Source: Macrostomum lignano (lineage: Eukaryota). Taken from it: 64,000 nucleotides of DNA. The position numbers and the translations under genes were made by a program. The DNA lies in assembly GCA_002269645.1 (NCBI GenBank), contig NIVC01000431.1, forward strand, positions 94,198-158,197. The letters are read 5' to 3'. Shown piece after piece: positions 1 through 53,570 of this stretch (its first letter is position 1; each line of letters opens with the position of its first letter). Below the pieces are notes generated by a model. That model had not been told where the DNA came from. It saw only the letters and a list, made by a program, of their open reading frames with translations, and ran no database searches.

Positions 1-666
1 CATCAACTCCCTAGTCCTCATCAGCATCCTTGTTCTCATTTCCTATTAACATCCTTGTTCACATAAAAATCCATGTTCTCATAAAAATTCTTGCTCTCAT
101 AGAAATCCTTGTTCTCATGAACATCATTCTCGTCAGTGCCCATTAGCACCATTGTCCTTGTCCTCATTAGCAGTGAAGCCTCTGACAGCTTCTAAAATTT
201 TTTTCATAGCAGGTCATTCAAGACAGTCGCTTCACGCCAAGTCGCATTTTACCCTCTCGGTGTCCCTGCACCCTTTTTTGTCGGCAGTTACCATTGCTTA
301 CTGAGCAATTTCTATCAAACTTTCCAACCCAGTCAATCGGACTCACAAAGTCCAGAATCCAATTCCTCCATCGCACCCCAATGCAGTCCGATTCAATGCA
401 AGCAGCTCAAATAAGACTCAAGTCAATAAGCCCCATTTCCATCCTTAATTAACGCGCCAATTTCATAATAGGCAGGCAGACGGGGTAGCTCACACAGGAC
501 AGAGGGAGAGAGAGGCGGACCTGATTAAGCCGTGGCACTATTTGCAAAGGCTCAAAGCAGCCGACTGCAATATTGTTGTCTAACAGTGAGAGCCGCTGAG
601 CGGACAAATCAAATGCTGGGGCAGTCCGTGCCTCACTGCCACTGACACAGCTAGGTGTCAGAGCCC

Positions 667-26251
<25,585 letters not shown>

Positions 26252-27374
26252 GCTCGACTTTCTTGAGGATTCACACAATTTTTCGAAGATGAAGGCAGGG
26301 GTAAGAGGCTGAAATGCAATTTGAAAATTCTATCTAAGAGTTCGCGGTTATTATTTTTTTACTTACGAACTCAAAAGTTTCTCAATTGCTTCCAGAAAGT
26401 ATGGCATTAAGATCGCATGGTCTGTGCAGACTAAAAACATGTTTTCGATAGATCTTGGTCGAGTATCAGTCCATACAGTCCTCGAGTCCTTGCAGTCCGC
26501 TTCCCGGAAGTTTCCCAAATTCCCTGTTTTGTTCTGTTGGCTTCTCACTAACTGGATTTTTTGCTGCTCAGTGTCCGCCAATGTTTTTGAGTATTCAATA
26601 AAAACTGTATGTACCTTTTATATGTGAGAAACGATTACAGATACAAATTTGCTTAACCTGACTACTGAGTGATCAAATTATTATATTTTGCTTCAATGAA
26701 TCGTCTGTAATGGATTGTTAACCTGTCGGCATGGCATGCTGTAAATTCTGCGATAATACTTATTTCTTGAAATTGTTATGTGATTTTTTCGCTATATAAA
26801 GCAACTATATTGCTGTTTACTGTAATTGTTGAAACAATTTTAAACCTGAGTTATTAGTCATGTGATTTATTATTAGCATCACTAGTGTGTCCTCATGTTA
26901 TCCATAAAACTGAGACGTACATTTATCCCAGAAAAGGGTGAAAATGCAAGTAAAAGCATTGTGCAACGTATTACTAGCAGTAGCTAGCAAAAAATTCAAA
27001 TTTGCGCCATAAACCCGCTCTACACTACGGGCACCTCATTTGACACATGGACCTTCTCCAGCCCAGCAGACAATTAATTTTGTTTATTTATTAGAGACAA
27101 TAAATTCACAAATCGATGAGCGTATAATAAATATCGTCAAGGAATCGCATCAGGGTAATGAATATTTCATGATCTTCGTTATTTGATCTTAATTTTAAGG
27201 CAGTTAATTAATTAATTAGTTATTCATTGTGCCTTGAATTCATTTGTCGGAGAGCGACACAGGGCGATCAGCCTCTACCAAGCAAGACCAAAATACGTCG
27301 TATGCAAATACTCCACGCACAAACACGTTCTTTTGCTACAAATTCAAATTTATCTGCACCACTGCTGGCGCCTC

Positions 27375-28040
27375 ATGCTGAGCTTCCTCATGCTCAGTGC
27401 CCTGGTGTCGTTCACCAAATCAACTGCTCTGGTGATCCAAGTGGGGGAAAACCAAGGCACCACCTGTACCCAGGCTCTCTTGCACGGTCACTTCTTTTTT
27501 GTTACCAAATAAACCCGACGATGTACCTCGAGGAGAGCAAAAAGGGCGTCCAGATATTCACTTTATATGGTTCTTCCGGTCACGTAGCAAATCAGCCAAC
27601 TCAAGTGCGAATAACTCAGGTAAAGTGCGACACATTCAGGTCAGTTGGCAGAAAGTCGAATCCGGCTGCAGATTGCCACTTCATACTGTATATTTACCAA
27701 AAACCAAGTCAATTGCATCATAAGTCATTTCGAGTAGCAGCCATTTACTGTCTTTGTTGCACTTTGGTTTGTCTTTCTGTTGTATCCATCCGTCAGTTGT
27801 CATTGCGCAACGGTGAGTAAATACTTGAAGTACTGAGAAGCGCTCAGATTGACAGTCGGTCAGTGCTTTAAATTCGCATGACTCGTTACATTATTAAATA
27901 TCGCTACTATAACTTTGCTACTCAAATCAGGGCATGCAACTTTGCCATGCCAGCTCAGACAAGGAATTCCTTCATTTTACAATGAAGGCCTCACGCAACG
28001 TTGTACTTTAATCGCAAGAATTTGCATAATGCACCGAATT
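27375..28040 (+). CDS. Possible fragments of a small-exon gene with a signal-peptide-like start and an Ig-like start motif (low confidence)
   Basis: MLSFLMLSALVSFTKSTA begins at 27375. A donor lies at 27619|gtaaag, and a 16-nt microexon at 27797-27812 has a long pyrimidine tract and gtgagt. Acceptor 27930 then gives ...PTQVRITQ-LSLRN-GHATLPCQL, but the frame closes at ~28040 and no full model could be built. Confidence 0.25.
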
Positions 28041-29054
28041 TAAAAGCTTGTCCGGAAATGAAGAAGACAACCCCGGACAGATGGCAGGCGCGGTCAAGGA
28101 AAATTGGAAAGTCACCACTCACTTGTTGTAACCCCAAGAGAAAGAAAGCTCATGCATGCTTCTTGTGCGAATGATTTTCTTACAATAGGAACGAAGTCTG
28201 CTCTGTAGGAATTCTACGAAACGAGCCCCAGCACTTCTGCCACAAAAAGCAGGTATTCAACTGACAGAAAGCAAGATTTCAAAGCAGTTTTTGCGCAGCT
28301 AATCGGGCTTTTATGGAAGCAATATTTCGACAGGAATTTTCGAACTTGCACTGCACCAGCTGAGGACAAGCAAAATCGGTACAAGAGCCCCCAAGTGATG
28401 CAGTGCAGATCAGTGCAAAGTGCATGCAGACAGAAGACCTCTGGAAAGCAAATAAAATGCTTTCTCACGCTACAGCTGAGCCCGAAGGGATTCTTTCGCA
28501 CGTCTCAACCTTTCGACACCACTGCAGCAGCACTCCGCCTGTACAGGAGTGTAATGTTTCAGTTTCTACATTCGCAGCAATCAGTCACAGCTTCTAACTG
28601 ATGATAGCTATGGAAACCTGAGCCAGCAAGAAAGTCGAACTGCAGGCTCAACTCATATTCAGAAGTAACGATCTACACAGAATTAGCTTCTAGATCTCCC
28701 AAGATTCGATTCCTAAATGCATCCTTTTGACGACAAAAGTTTTGGGCCATAAGAGATCATAGTTCAGGCAAAAGGTATATCAGCTATAGCATCTGTGTCT
28801 GGACAGACTATTGGAAACCCGAGACCCTCTGTGATGACAATGCATCGACTAGTTCGTCATTGAACTGCGCAGTGCAAAAGTCCATGCGGCCTTGCCTTTA
28901 GTACTGCGCATTTATTCTTCGTAACTATATTACGGGTTAAGCAGCAGGCGGAGATTAATTGCTGAAAGGAGGCAATTAATTTTAACAACTCTGGCTAAAT
29001 CTATAGGGTTTTGCGATCAGTCATCAGTCTGAAAAGTACAAATAAAATTCTAGA

Positions 29055-29580
29055 ATTGCTATCAGGGGGATGCTTGCTATCAGGGGGATGCTTGCTATCA
29101 GGGGGATGTTTGCTATCAGGGGGATGCTTGCTATCCGAGGGATGCTTGCTATTGGGGGATGCTTGCTATCGGAAGGATGCTTGCTACTGGGGTAACTTGC
29201 TATTGGGAGATGCTTGCTCTTTGGGGGGTGGAGGGTACTTGCTATCTGAGAGGGGGGGTTGCTAGATATCTATAAGGTCTCTTTGTATCCAGGTTATGCT
29301 TGCTATCTGGGGGATGCTTGCTATCTGGGGGATGCTTGCTATCTGGGGGATGCTTGCTATCTGGGGGATGTTTTCTATCTGGGGGATGCTTGCTATCTGG
29401 GGGATGCTTGCTGTCTGGGGGATGCTTGCCATTGGGAGATGCTTGCCCTTGGGAGGTGGAGGGTACCTGAGAGGGGGTTGCTAGCTATCTGTCAGGACCA
29501 TTTGTATCCAGGTTATGCTTGCTATCAGGGGTTGCTGGCGGTCTGGGGGATGCTTGCTATCTGGGCATCGATGCTTGAAT
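29055..29580. repeat. 18-bp degenerate minisatellite (gggggatgcttgctatct)
   Basis: Direct inspection. Confidence 0.9.
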
Positions 29581-30160
29581 GCTGTCTAAGGATGCTTGCT
29601 GTCTTGGGATGTTTTGTTTTTAGAGGGAATGTCTGTTTTTTTATGAAGGCTTTATTTCGCGGTCTATTTGTTATTTGTAAAGAACAAGGATTCTATCCAG
29701 ATGTCCCCCATCGGGGGGCGCAGATTGCTAGTAAAATTCTAGAATAAAAAAATTTGGCCATTCAACAGACTAACAACAACCAGCCCGCGATGAGGCAATT
29801 CTGGGCATTCCACTGAGTCCTGAGCACAATACAGGGTGCGCCAATGCTCTCAGCGGCCCAGATTACGTAATCGTCAGATTCTGTGCCTTGGCGATTGACC
29901 CTCATAGTTGTGAATTATGCGACAACCCGATCCGGCCAATAATTCTGTAAACAAACCCAAATCAATGTGCCCTGCATGTGCTCAAGTATATACTTGCAAC
30001 CAACGACTGAAGCACGATCCATAACTATTGACGGATCAACGATTCATACGGTCGGTTGCATCAGACAGAGAAACGTCTGAATTCTGAGTTATGAACTCTC
30101 TTGACGGAGTGAAATCTGTTTGATTTTAGTTCTAGTACTGATGTCTGATAGGGTCAATTG

Positions 30161-30285
30161 GGGGGCCGTAGCCTGCCGCCGGGTCCAGCGCGACGCTCCG
30201 ATGTGCCAGCGGCCCAGGCTCGATTCCAAGTGCAGTCACATTAGTTTGGATCTAAATTGGAATCTCGGCCAGGCTCTGCTCGTGC
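30161..30285 (+). mobile_element. Second tRNA-like SINE family fragment; diverged copy at ~34939-35034
   Basis: Head GGGGGCCGTAGCC...GGCTCGATTCC. The ~95-bp block (ctc.gatgtgccagc.gcccagg...ctaaattggaatctcggc..ggctctgct.gtgc) recurs at 34939-35034. Confidence 0.5.
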
Positions 30286-31039
30286 CCAAGGCACAGTGAG
30301 GTGTACATGCCTAACGATAAATAAAGTTAGGGCCGCTGTACACTTCTGTGTGAGTGTGTGCCTGTGCGTATGACTGCCCAGGAGTCGGCGGAATGGGCAG
30401 AGTGCGCCGGGGTGCACACAGACACAGCAGCTCCCACTTACTAATAAAAAGCCGCGGTCCCCAAGCCAGCCATCTGGAGTCACAGAAACTAGAAAAAAGA
30501 ATTAGAAAAAAATGCACCGACAAATTTTTTGCTTCCAAAAAGTGAACACGGACGAGCACACAATGATAGAAAAAAAGCACGAAAATTGCAGGAAATTAAC
30601 GTATTTTTATTTAGTAGTAATACGAATATATATATATATATATATAGGAGCGAAATAACACGGCAGTTGAAGAAGAGAACAAACACAATAAAGGCAAAGG
30701 CGCATTGGATTAACGGATAGCGGGAAGGGATCCGATCAACTCGTTGCAGCGGCTGAGGACACTTGGGGACTGCTCAAGGTATTTAATTTGGACAGCGCAC
30801 AGCTGAACTGGGTTTGCTGAATTGAACGAAAATTGCAATTAAGAACTGGAAAAAGCACAGTTCTGTTAAACAGTTATATACATACATATATTATTGCCGG
30901 TTAAATAAGGCCAACAACATCGAACAAGGGATTACTTATGAGAACAGCAACTTGGATTGTTTGAAAGTAGCTTAGTTGTTAAAGAATTGGGAAGTCAGGG
31001 TGATGGTAATTGGGGACTCAAGGGATGAGAAGTCTGGAG

Positions 31040-31365
31040 GATGGGAAGTGAGAGGTGGGATGGGAAGTGAGATGGGATGGGAAGCGAGGAGATGGGATGG
31101 GAAGTGAGGAGATGGGATGGGAAGTGAGGAGGTGGGAAGTGAGGAGATGGGAAGTGAGGAGATGGGAAGTGGAGATGGGAAGTGAGGAGATGAGATGGGA
31201 AGTGAGGAGATGGGATGGGAAGTGAGGAGATGGGATGGGAAGTGAGGAGGTGGGAAGTGAGGAGATGGGAAGTGGAGATGGGAAGTGAGGAGATGAGATG
31301 GGAAGTGAGGAGATGAGATGGGAAGTGAGGAGGTGGGAAGTGAGGAAGTAGGAAGATGGGAAGTG
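31040..31365. repeat. Polypurine minisatellite (gggaagtgaggagat / gggat)
   Basis: Direct inspection. Confidence 0.92.
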
Positions 31366-32153
31366 AGCAGAGAATAATGAGCACTATTAGCTAGCAACCA
31401 GGCAAAATCAAGTATAGACAGCAGGGCTGAGCAAACGGGTCTACAAACAACTGCAGTCGCTAACCAGCAAAAATTCACTGTGAATTGAATGACTCACGTG
31501 AAAGCGTGAAAGAACACGTGAATCCAGAGCTGACTGACAGAATAAATGAATAATAAGACGTGAATGTTGAAAAAGTAACAACATGAAAAAAGTTTAGACA
31601 TAGCTGTGTGTGCATTGGAACTGCGGCTTGATATTAAACATAGGGCTGTATGAATATAAGGAACAGGAGGTGTACAATAACGGATATGTTTAACAGATTG
31701 CACGCAAACAAGAACTGTTATGCAATAACAGAAATCAATGGTCCTTACAATATAGCAACTATAACAGCCAAATAAGAACTTTATTATTTATTAGGCGAAT
31801 GCATATTTGAGGACAAAAAACGGTATAAGTATGCATTAAGCGAGGTAACAAATATGTACTTTTGGTTGAAGACAGTAACTAAAAATATTAGTAAATAAAC
31901 TGACAAAATAGAGCTATTTGGAAGCAAAATGAAGTTGACAGACAGTGTTATCATGCCGCGGGTCCCTGACCATTCAGATCAAGGGCCCACAGCTAACGGC
32001 AATGCAGAGTCAGCAGGTAGTGAAAGTGTCACAAACAAAAAAAGATGATGAAAAAAATTGCACAAAAAATTGTAGCTCGCGGAGCAGAGAGTTCAAGGAC
32101 AACAACAGGAGTTTACATTCAAGGATAACAAAACAACAACATGGACTGTTTGA

Positions 32154-47786
<15,633 letters not shown>

Positions 47787-47854
47787 ACTGTTGATAATGA
47801 TAATTACTACTGATTGACTAGTAGTAGCTGGTGAACTGCCGCTCAGACTCTCAC

Positions 47855-47905
47855 CGCGAGGCTCTTCTCAGTAACAGTGCCAGCTGCCACCGGGGATGAA
47901 GGAGG
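47855..47905 (-). other. Probable 5'-UTR exon of the ZIP gene
   Basis: On the minus strand, acceptor ttcatttgcag at 47907/47906 and donor CGCG|gtgagag at 47854/47853 flank this exon. A 67-nt intron then ends at caacag 1 nt before the ATG at 47786. Confidence 0.5.
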
Positions 47906-48321
47906 CTGCAAATGAACAAGTAGGCACACAGTGAGGGACACGCAAAGTTCGCACTGCTGCAGTCAGTTACCCAGACCCAGAAGAGTGTTTTATAAGCTGA
48001 CTGGCTATTCGCTATTGGGCAAATGCTATTGGCTGAAGAGTGGAACGAATCAGAAGGCAGGGCAAATCAGCTGGATGACAACATTTATAATCCTATTAGT
48101 ACTACTTAAAGTAACTTAAATGAAAGTCATCGAAAGGCATAAACAAACTGCTTTAGAAACATTTATTTTGGCATAATTTTTCTTGCAAATAAAGTTAGCA
48201 TAACATGGACGGAACAGCTCAAGTAAAAGCAGAAATGCACAGCCGCTTCTTACAGGATATTTTTGTACATTTATATACCATGTATACAGCCTTTATTGAA
48301 CATAAAAGGATCTCAAAATGC

Positions 48322-49628
48322 TAAATCTCCCAATCCTAAATCTCCCAATCCTAGGTCTCCCCAAATATCCCAATCCTAAATCTCCCTAAATATTCCAATC
48401 CTAAACCTCCCCAAATACCCCAATCCTAAATCTCCCAATCCTAGGTCTCCCCAAATATCCCAATCCTAAATCTCCCTAAATATTCCAATCCTAAACCTCC
48501 CCAAATACCCCAATCCTAAATCTCCCAATCCTAGGTCTCCCCTAATATCCCAATCCTAAATCTCCCTAAATATTCCAATCCTAAACCTCCCCAAATACCC
48601 CAATCCTAAATCTCCCAATCCTAGGTCTCCCCAAATATCCCAATCCTAAATCTCCCTAAATATTCCAATCCTAAACCTCCCCAAATACCCCAATCCTAAA
48701 TCTCCCAATCCTAGGTCTCCCCAAATATCCCAATCCTAAATCTCCCTAAATATTCCAATCCTAAACCTCCCCAAATATCCCAATCCTAAATCTCCCAATC
48801 CTAGGTCTCCCCAAATATCCCAATCCTAAATCTCCCAATCCTAGGTCTCCCCAAATATCCCAATCCTAGGTCTCCCCAAATCTCCCAATCCAAAATCTCC
48901 CAATCCTAGGTCTCCCCAAATATCCCAATCCTAAATCTCCCAATCCTAGGTCTCCCCAAATATCCCAATCCTTAATCTCCCAATCCTAGGTCTCCCCAAA
49001 TCTCCCAATCCTAGGTCTCCCCAAATATCCCAATCCTAAATCTCCCAATCCTAGGTCTCCCCAAATATCCCAATCCTAGGTCTCCCTTAAATATCCTAAT
49101 CCTAAATCTTCCCAAATAACCCAATCCTAAACCCCCCAAAATATCCCAATCCTAAATCTCCCTAAATATCACAATCCTAAACCTCTTTAAATATTCAAAT
49201 CCTAAATCTCCCTAAATATCCCAATCCTAAATCTCCCTACATATTCCAATCTTAAATCTCCCCAAATATCCCAATCCTAAACCTCCCCAAATATTCCAAT
49301 CCTAAACCTCCCCAAATATCCCAATCCTAAACCTCCCCAAATATTCCAATCCTAAACCTCCCCAAATATCCCAATCCTAAATCTCCCTACATATTCCAAT
49401 CCTAAATCTCCCTACATATTCCAATCCTAAATCTCCCTACATATTCCAATCCTAAATCTCCCCAAATATCCCAATCCTAAATCTCCCTACATATTCCAAT
49501 CTTAAATCTCCACAAATATCCCAATCCTAAATCTCCCTACATATTCCAATCTTAAATCTCCCGAAATCTCCCAATCCTAAATCTCCCCAAATCTCCCAAT
49601 CCTTAATCTCCCCAAATATCCCAATCCT
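48322..49628. repeat. C-rich minisatellite (cccaatcctaaatctcc / ccaaatat) with higher-order structure, just downstream of the tubulin stop
   Basis: Direct inspection. Confidence 0.95.
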
Positions 49629-49657
49629 AGAACTAGCCAGATATGCTGCATACAGTG

Positions 49658-52600
49658 TCAGCGCATAGACCGGTAGCCAGCAATGAGATCCTCGAACTGC
49701 ACGGAGGCCAGACGCAGCGCCTCCCTGGCATCCGGCAAGTAGCGCTCATAGTGGTGCAAGTAGGCACCCGCGCTCAGCTGGGCGGCACTTTTAGTTGCTA
49801 TGGGAACCAGCCAGTCCACTACGGAGACGGAATTGTAGGCCAACGTGAGGCTGGAACCGCCGCCGCCCCAGCAGGAATCCATCCAGTAATCCACCGGGAA
49901 GGCATTGTAAGCCACGGGTCGCAGGTAGGCTTTCAAAGCGTCGCAATCAGCGGACTTCGGAGCTCGAATCTTTGAGCCGCTTGGCGAGCGGAGAACCGCC
50001 ACGGCGGCCACGGTGGAGGCGGGGCGGGGCCGGCAGCGGAGCAGGGAGGGCAGGTCGTTGGCTGAGGCGGTCTTGAGCAGGCTGAGACCCGGCAGGGGGC
50101 AGCAGGACCGGGTGAGTTCAGCCAGCTCATTGCCGCCCAGCCTACAAGACTTGTAGAGGCTGCGACAGGGGGACAGCAGGCGGCTGAGGTGGCTGGCGAC
50201 AGACTCGTTTACCTGGGGAATGGGGATGCAGTGATGGAGTTTACCTGGGGAATGGGGATGCAGTGATGGAGTTTACCTGGGGAATGGGGATGCAGTGATG
50301 GAGTTTACCTGGGGAATGGGGATGCAGTGATGGAGTTTACCTGGGGAATGGGGATGTAGTGATGGAGTTTACCTGGGGAATGGGGATGCAGTGATGGAGT
50401 TTACCTGGGGAATGGGGATGTAGTGATGGAGTTTACCTGGGTAATGGGGATGCAGTGATGGAGTTTACCTGGGGAATGGGGATGCAGTGATGGAGTTTAC
50501 CTGGGGAATGGGGATGTAGTGATAGAGTTTACCTGGGGAATGGGGATGCAGTGATGGAGTTTACCTGGGGAATGGGGATGCAGTGATGGATGGAACTCAT
50601 AGATTCACTTTCAGGGAAAAGAAACTCAGGAACTCATGACTTCAGGGAAAAGAAACTCAGGAACTCATGACTTCAGGGAAAAGAAACTCAGGAACTCATG
50701 ACTTCAGAGAAAAGAAACTCAGGAACTCATGACTTCAGGAAAAGAAACTCAGGAACTCATGACTTCAGGGAAAAGAAACTCAGGAACTCATGACTTCAGG
50801 GAAAAGAAACTCAGGAACTCATGACTTCAGGGAAAAGAAACTCAGGAACTCATGACTTCAGGGAAAAGAAACTCAGGAACTCATGACTTCAGGGAAAAGA
50901 AACTCAGGAACTCATGACTTCAGGGAAAAGAAACTCAGGAACTCATGACTTCAGGAAAAGAAACTCAGGAACTCATGACTTCAGGAAAAGAAACTCAGGA
51001 ACTCATGACTTCAGGAAAAGAAACTCAGGAACTCATGACTTCAGGAAAAGAAACTCAGGAACTCATGACTTCAGGAAAATAAACTCAGGAACTCATGACT
51101 TCAGGGAAAAGAAACCCAGGAACTCATGACTTCAGGAAAAGAAACCCAGGAACTCATGACTTCAGGAAAAGAAACCCAGGAACTCATGGCTTCAGGGAAA
51201 AGAAACTCAGGAACTCATGACTTCAGGGAAAAGAAAATCAGAAACCCATGCTTAAGAATCTTGAGCACAAAGACCCCCACAGCCCCAACAGGCGGGCCGC
51301 ACCTGAGCAGGAGAAGCCTCAGAAGAGTTCCTATAAAGCAGCATGCAGTCAGCCAGGCCAGCCAAGCGGCTCAGAGCCAGCAGGCTGTTATAATTCTGCA
51401 GCGGGGTGTCCCTGTCAGCCAGCACGCAGCAGTGCGCCAGCAGCTGCAGTCCGAGGCTGTCTCGGACACACTCGGCCAGCCGGGTGCCCAGGCCCGAGCC
51501 GGTGCCGCCGGCCAGTGAGTGCGCCAGCAGCACCCCAGAGAAATAGTCGCACTGCTCTCCAACCCGGCGAATGCAGTCGTCAACCAGGCGTTCGGCGCAA
51601 AGCGCCTCGTCGCCGGAAGCCGAGTAGCCATAAGCCCAGTTGTTGCCGCGGCCCTGCCTGCGGGACGGCCGGGGTTCGGCATTAAAATTTCATTCTTAAG
51701 GGGAGCCCCACAGATTAGTGAAAAGGGGAATCCCAATAGATCAGTGAAAAGGGGAATCCCCATAGATCAGTGAAAACGGGAATCCCTATAGATCAGTGAA
51801 AAGGGGAATCCCCATAGATTAGTGAAAAGGGGAATCCCCATAGATCAGTGAAAAAGGGAATCCAGATAGGTCAGTGAAAACGGGAATCCCCATAGATCAG
51901 TGAATAGGGGAATCCACATAGATCAGTGAAAAGGGGAATCCCAATAGATCAGTGAATAGGGGAATCCACATAGATCAGTGAAAAGGGGAATCCCAATAGA
52001 TCAGTGAAAAGGGGAATCCCCATAGATCAGTGAAAAGGGAAATCCCAATTGATCAGTGAAAAGAGGAATCTCCATTGATCAGTAGAAAGGGGAATTCTCA
52101 TTTACCAGTAGAAAGGGGAATCCCCCTAGATCAGTGAAAGGGAAATTCACATAGATCCCCATAGATCAGTGAAAATGGGAATCACCATAGATCAGTGAAA
52201 AGGGCAATCCCTTTAAATAAGTAAAAAGGGGAATCCCTTAAAATCAGCGAAAGAAGGAATCCCCATGGATCAGTGAAAAGGGAAGTCCCATAGACCAATG
52301 AAAATAGGAATCCCCATAGGCCAGTTAGAAGGGGTATCCCCATAGATCATTGAAAAGGGGAATCCCCATAGATCAGTGAAAACGGGAATCCCCATAGATC
52401 AGTGAAAAGGGGAATCTCCATTGATCAGTAGAAAGGGGAATCCTCATTTACCAGTAGAAAGAGGAATCCCCTAGATCAGTGAAAGGGAAATCCCCATAGA
52501 TCAGTGAATAGGGGAATCCCCATAGATCAGTGAAAAGGGGTATCCCCATAATTCAACAAAGGGAATCCCACGATTAGTAGTCACCTACCTGGCAGTGACG

Positions 52601-52806
52601 CAGTTAGCATCTGGCACTCTGCCTCGCAAGGCGGGATACTTGCGGCACATGGAATGCACCACTTTCCGCTCAGAGTCTACAAACACTGCCCTGACGTTGC
52701 CCAGAGCGTCGGACACAACGCTGGGCTCAACTGCGAGCTGATGCGACAGGTACTCCGCGCCCAGCTGGTTGCCGCACTGGCCGATGCACACCAGCACTGT
52801 GGACAT
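49658..52806 (-). CDS. Divergent tubulin of the delta/zeta class, most like zeta-tubulin, 375 aa, 3 coding exons
   Basis: Exons (-): 52806-52589, 51657-51303, 50212-49658; 1128 nt in frame. Motifs: MSTVLVCIGQCGNQLG, RAVFVDSERKVV, GRGNNWAYGY, HSLAGGTGSGLG, PLQNYNSLLAL, YNAFPVDYW, AGAYLHHY. From memory, the short N-terminal loop, DSE.K, GRGNNW, PLQ.YN and N.FPVD.W fit zeta better than delta (DMEPK, GSGNNW, VIVQNYN). Confidence 0.85.
50207..50590. repeat. 32-bp minisatellite that includes the acceptor and first 6 nt of tubulin exon 3
   Basis: Unit on the minus strand is tccatcactgcatccccattccccag|GTAAAC; ~12 copies. Confidence 0.96.
50615..51245. repeat. 30/31-bp minisatellite (acttcagggaaaagaaactcaggaactcatg)
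   Basis: About 20 copies in tubulin intron 2. Confidence 0.96.
51712..52570. repeat. ~27-28-bp minisatellite (gatcagtgaaaaggggaatccccata) filling tubulin intron 1
   Basis: About 30 degenerate copies. Confidence 0.94.
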
Positions 52807-52954
52807 CACAAGAGTCAATGGCCCTTTCACTGCTGAAATAGGAACAAAACAGTAGCGTAAAACTGTAAGAATTTCGAAATAAACAAAATCCAGTGATAGA
52901 AAATCTCAGAGATTGCTGGGGTGAACCTCGGGAAAAGTAGCAGGGAATCTTTTG

Positions 52955-53570
52955 GAAGTGTCGGGAAATCCCCTGAAGTAGTGGCAGGAAATCCCCTGGA
53001 ATAGTGGCGGGAAATCCCCTGAAGAGTGGCGGGAAATCCGCTGGATTAGTTGGAAATCCCCTGGAAGAGTGGCGGGAAATCCCCTGGAAGAGTGGCGGGA
53101 AATCCGCTGGATTAGTTGGAAATCCCCTGGAAGAGTGGCGGGAAATCCGCTGGATTAGTTGGAAATCCCCTGGAAGAGTGGCGGGAATTCCCATGGAAGT
53201 GTGGCGGGAAATCCCAGGGAAGTGGCGGGAAATCCCTTGAAAGTGTCTGGAAATCCCCTGAGTGTCGGGAAATCCCTCGAAGAGTGGCGGGAAATCCGCT
53301 GGGAGATTGGCGGTTAATCCCCTGGGAGAGTGGCAGGAAATCCCCCTGGAAGTGGTTGGAAATCCCACGGAAGAGTGGTTGGAAATCCCCTCGAAGAGTG
53401 GCGGGAAATCCCATAGAGGAGTGGATGGAAATCCCCTGCGAGAGTGGCGGGAAATCCCCTAGAAGAGTGGTTGGAAATCCCCTGCGAGAGTGGCGGGAAA
53501 TCCCCTAGAAGAGTGGCGGGTAATCCCCTGGGAGAGTGGCAGAAAATCCCCTGGGAGAGACGGAAATTTC
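52955..53570. repeat. ~21-22-bp minisatellite (ggaagagtggcgggaaatcccc)
   Basis: Direct inspection. Confidence 0.92.

Noticed and set aside
51303-51657. Apparent frameshift or pseudogenisation in tubulin exon 2, since the ORF track shows only its 3' part
   Set aside because: Reading base by base, the exon is one open 355-nt frame (R-QGRGNNWAYGYSASGDEALCAERLVDDC...); the track simply starts at an internal GTG.
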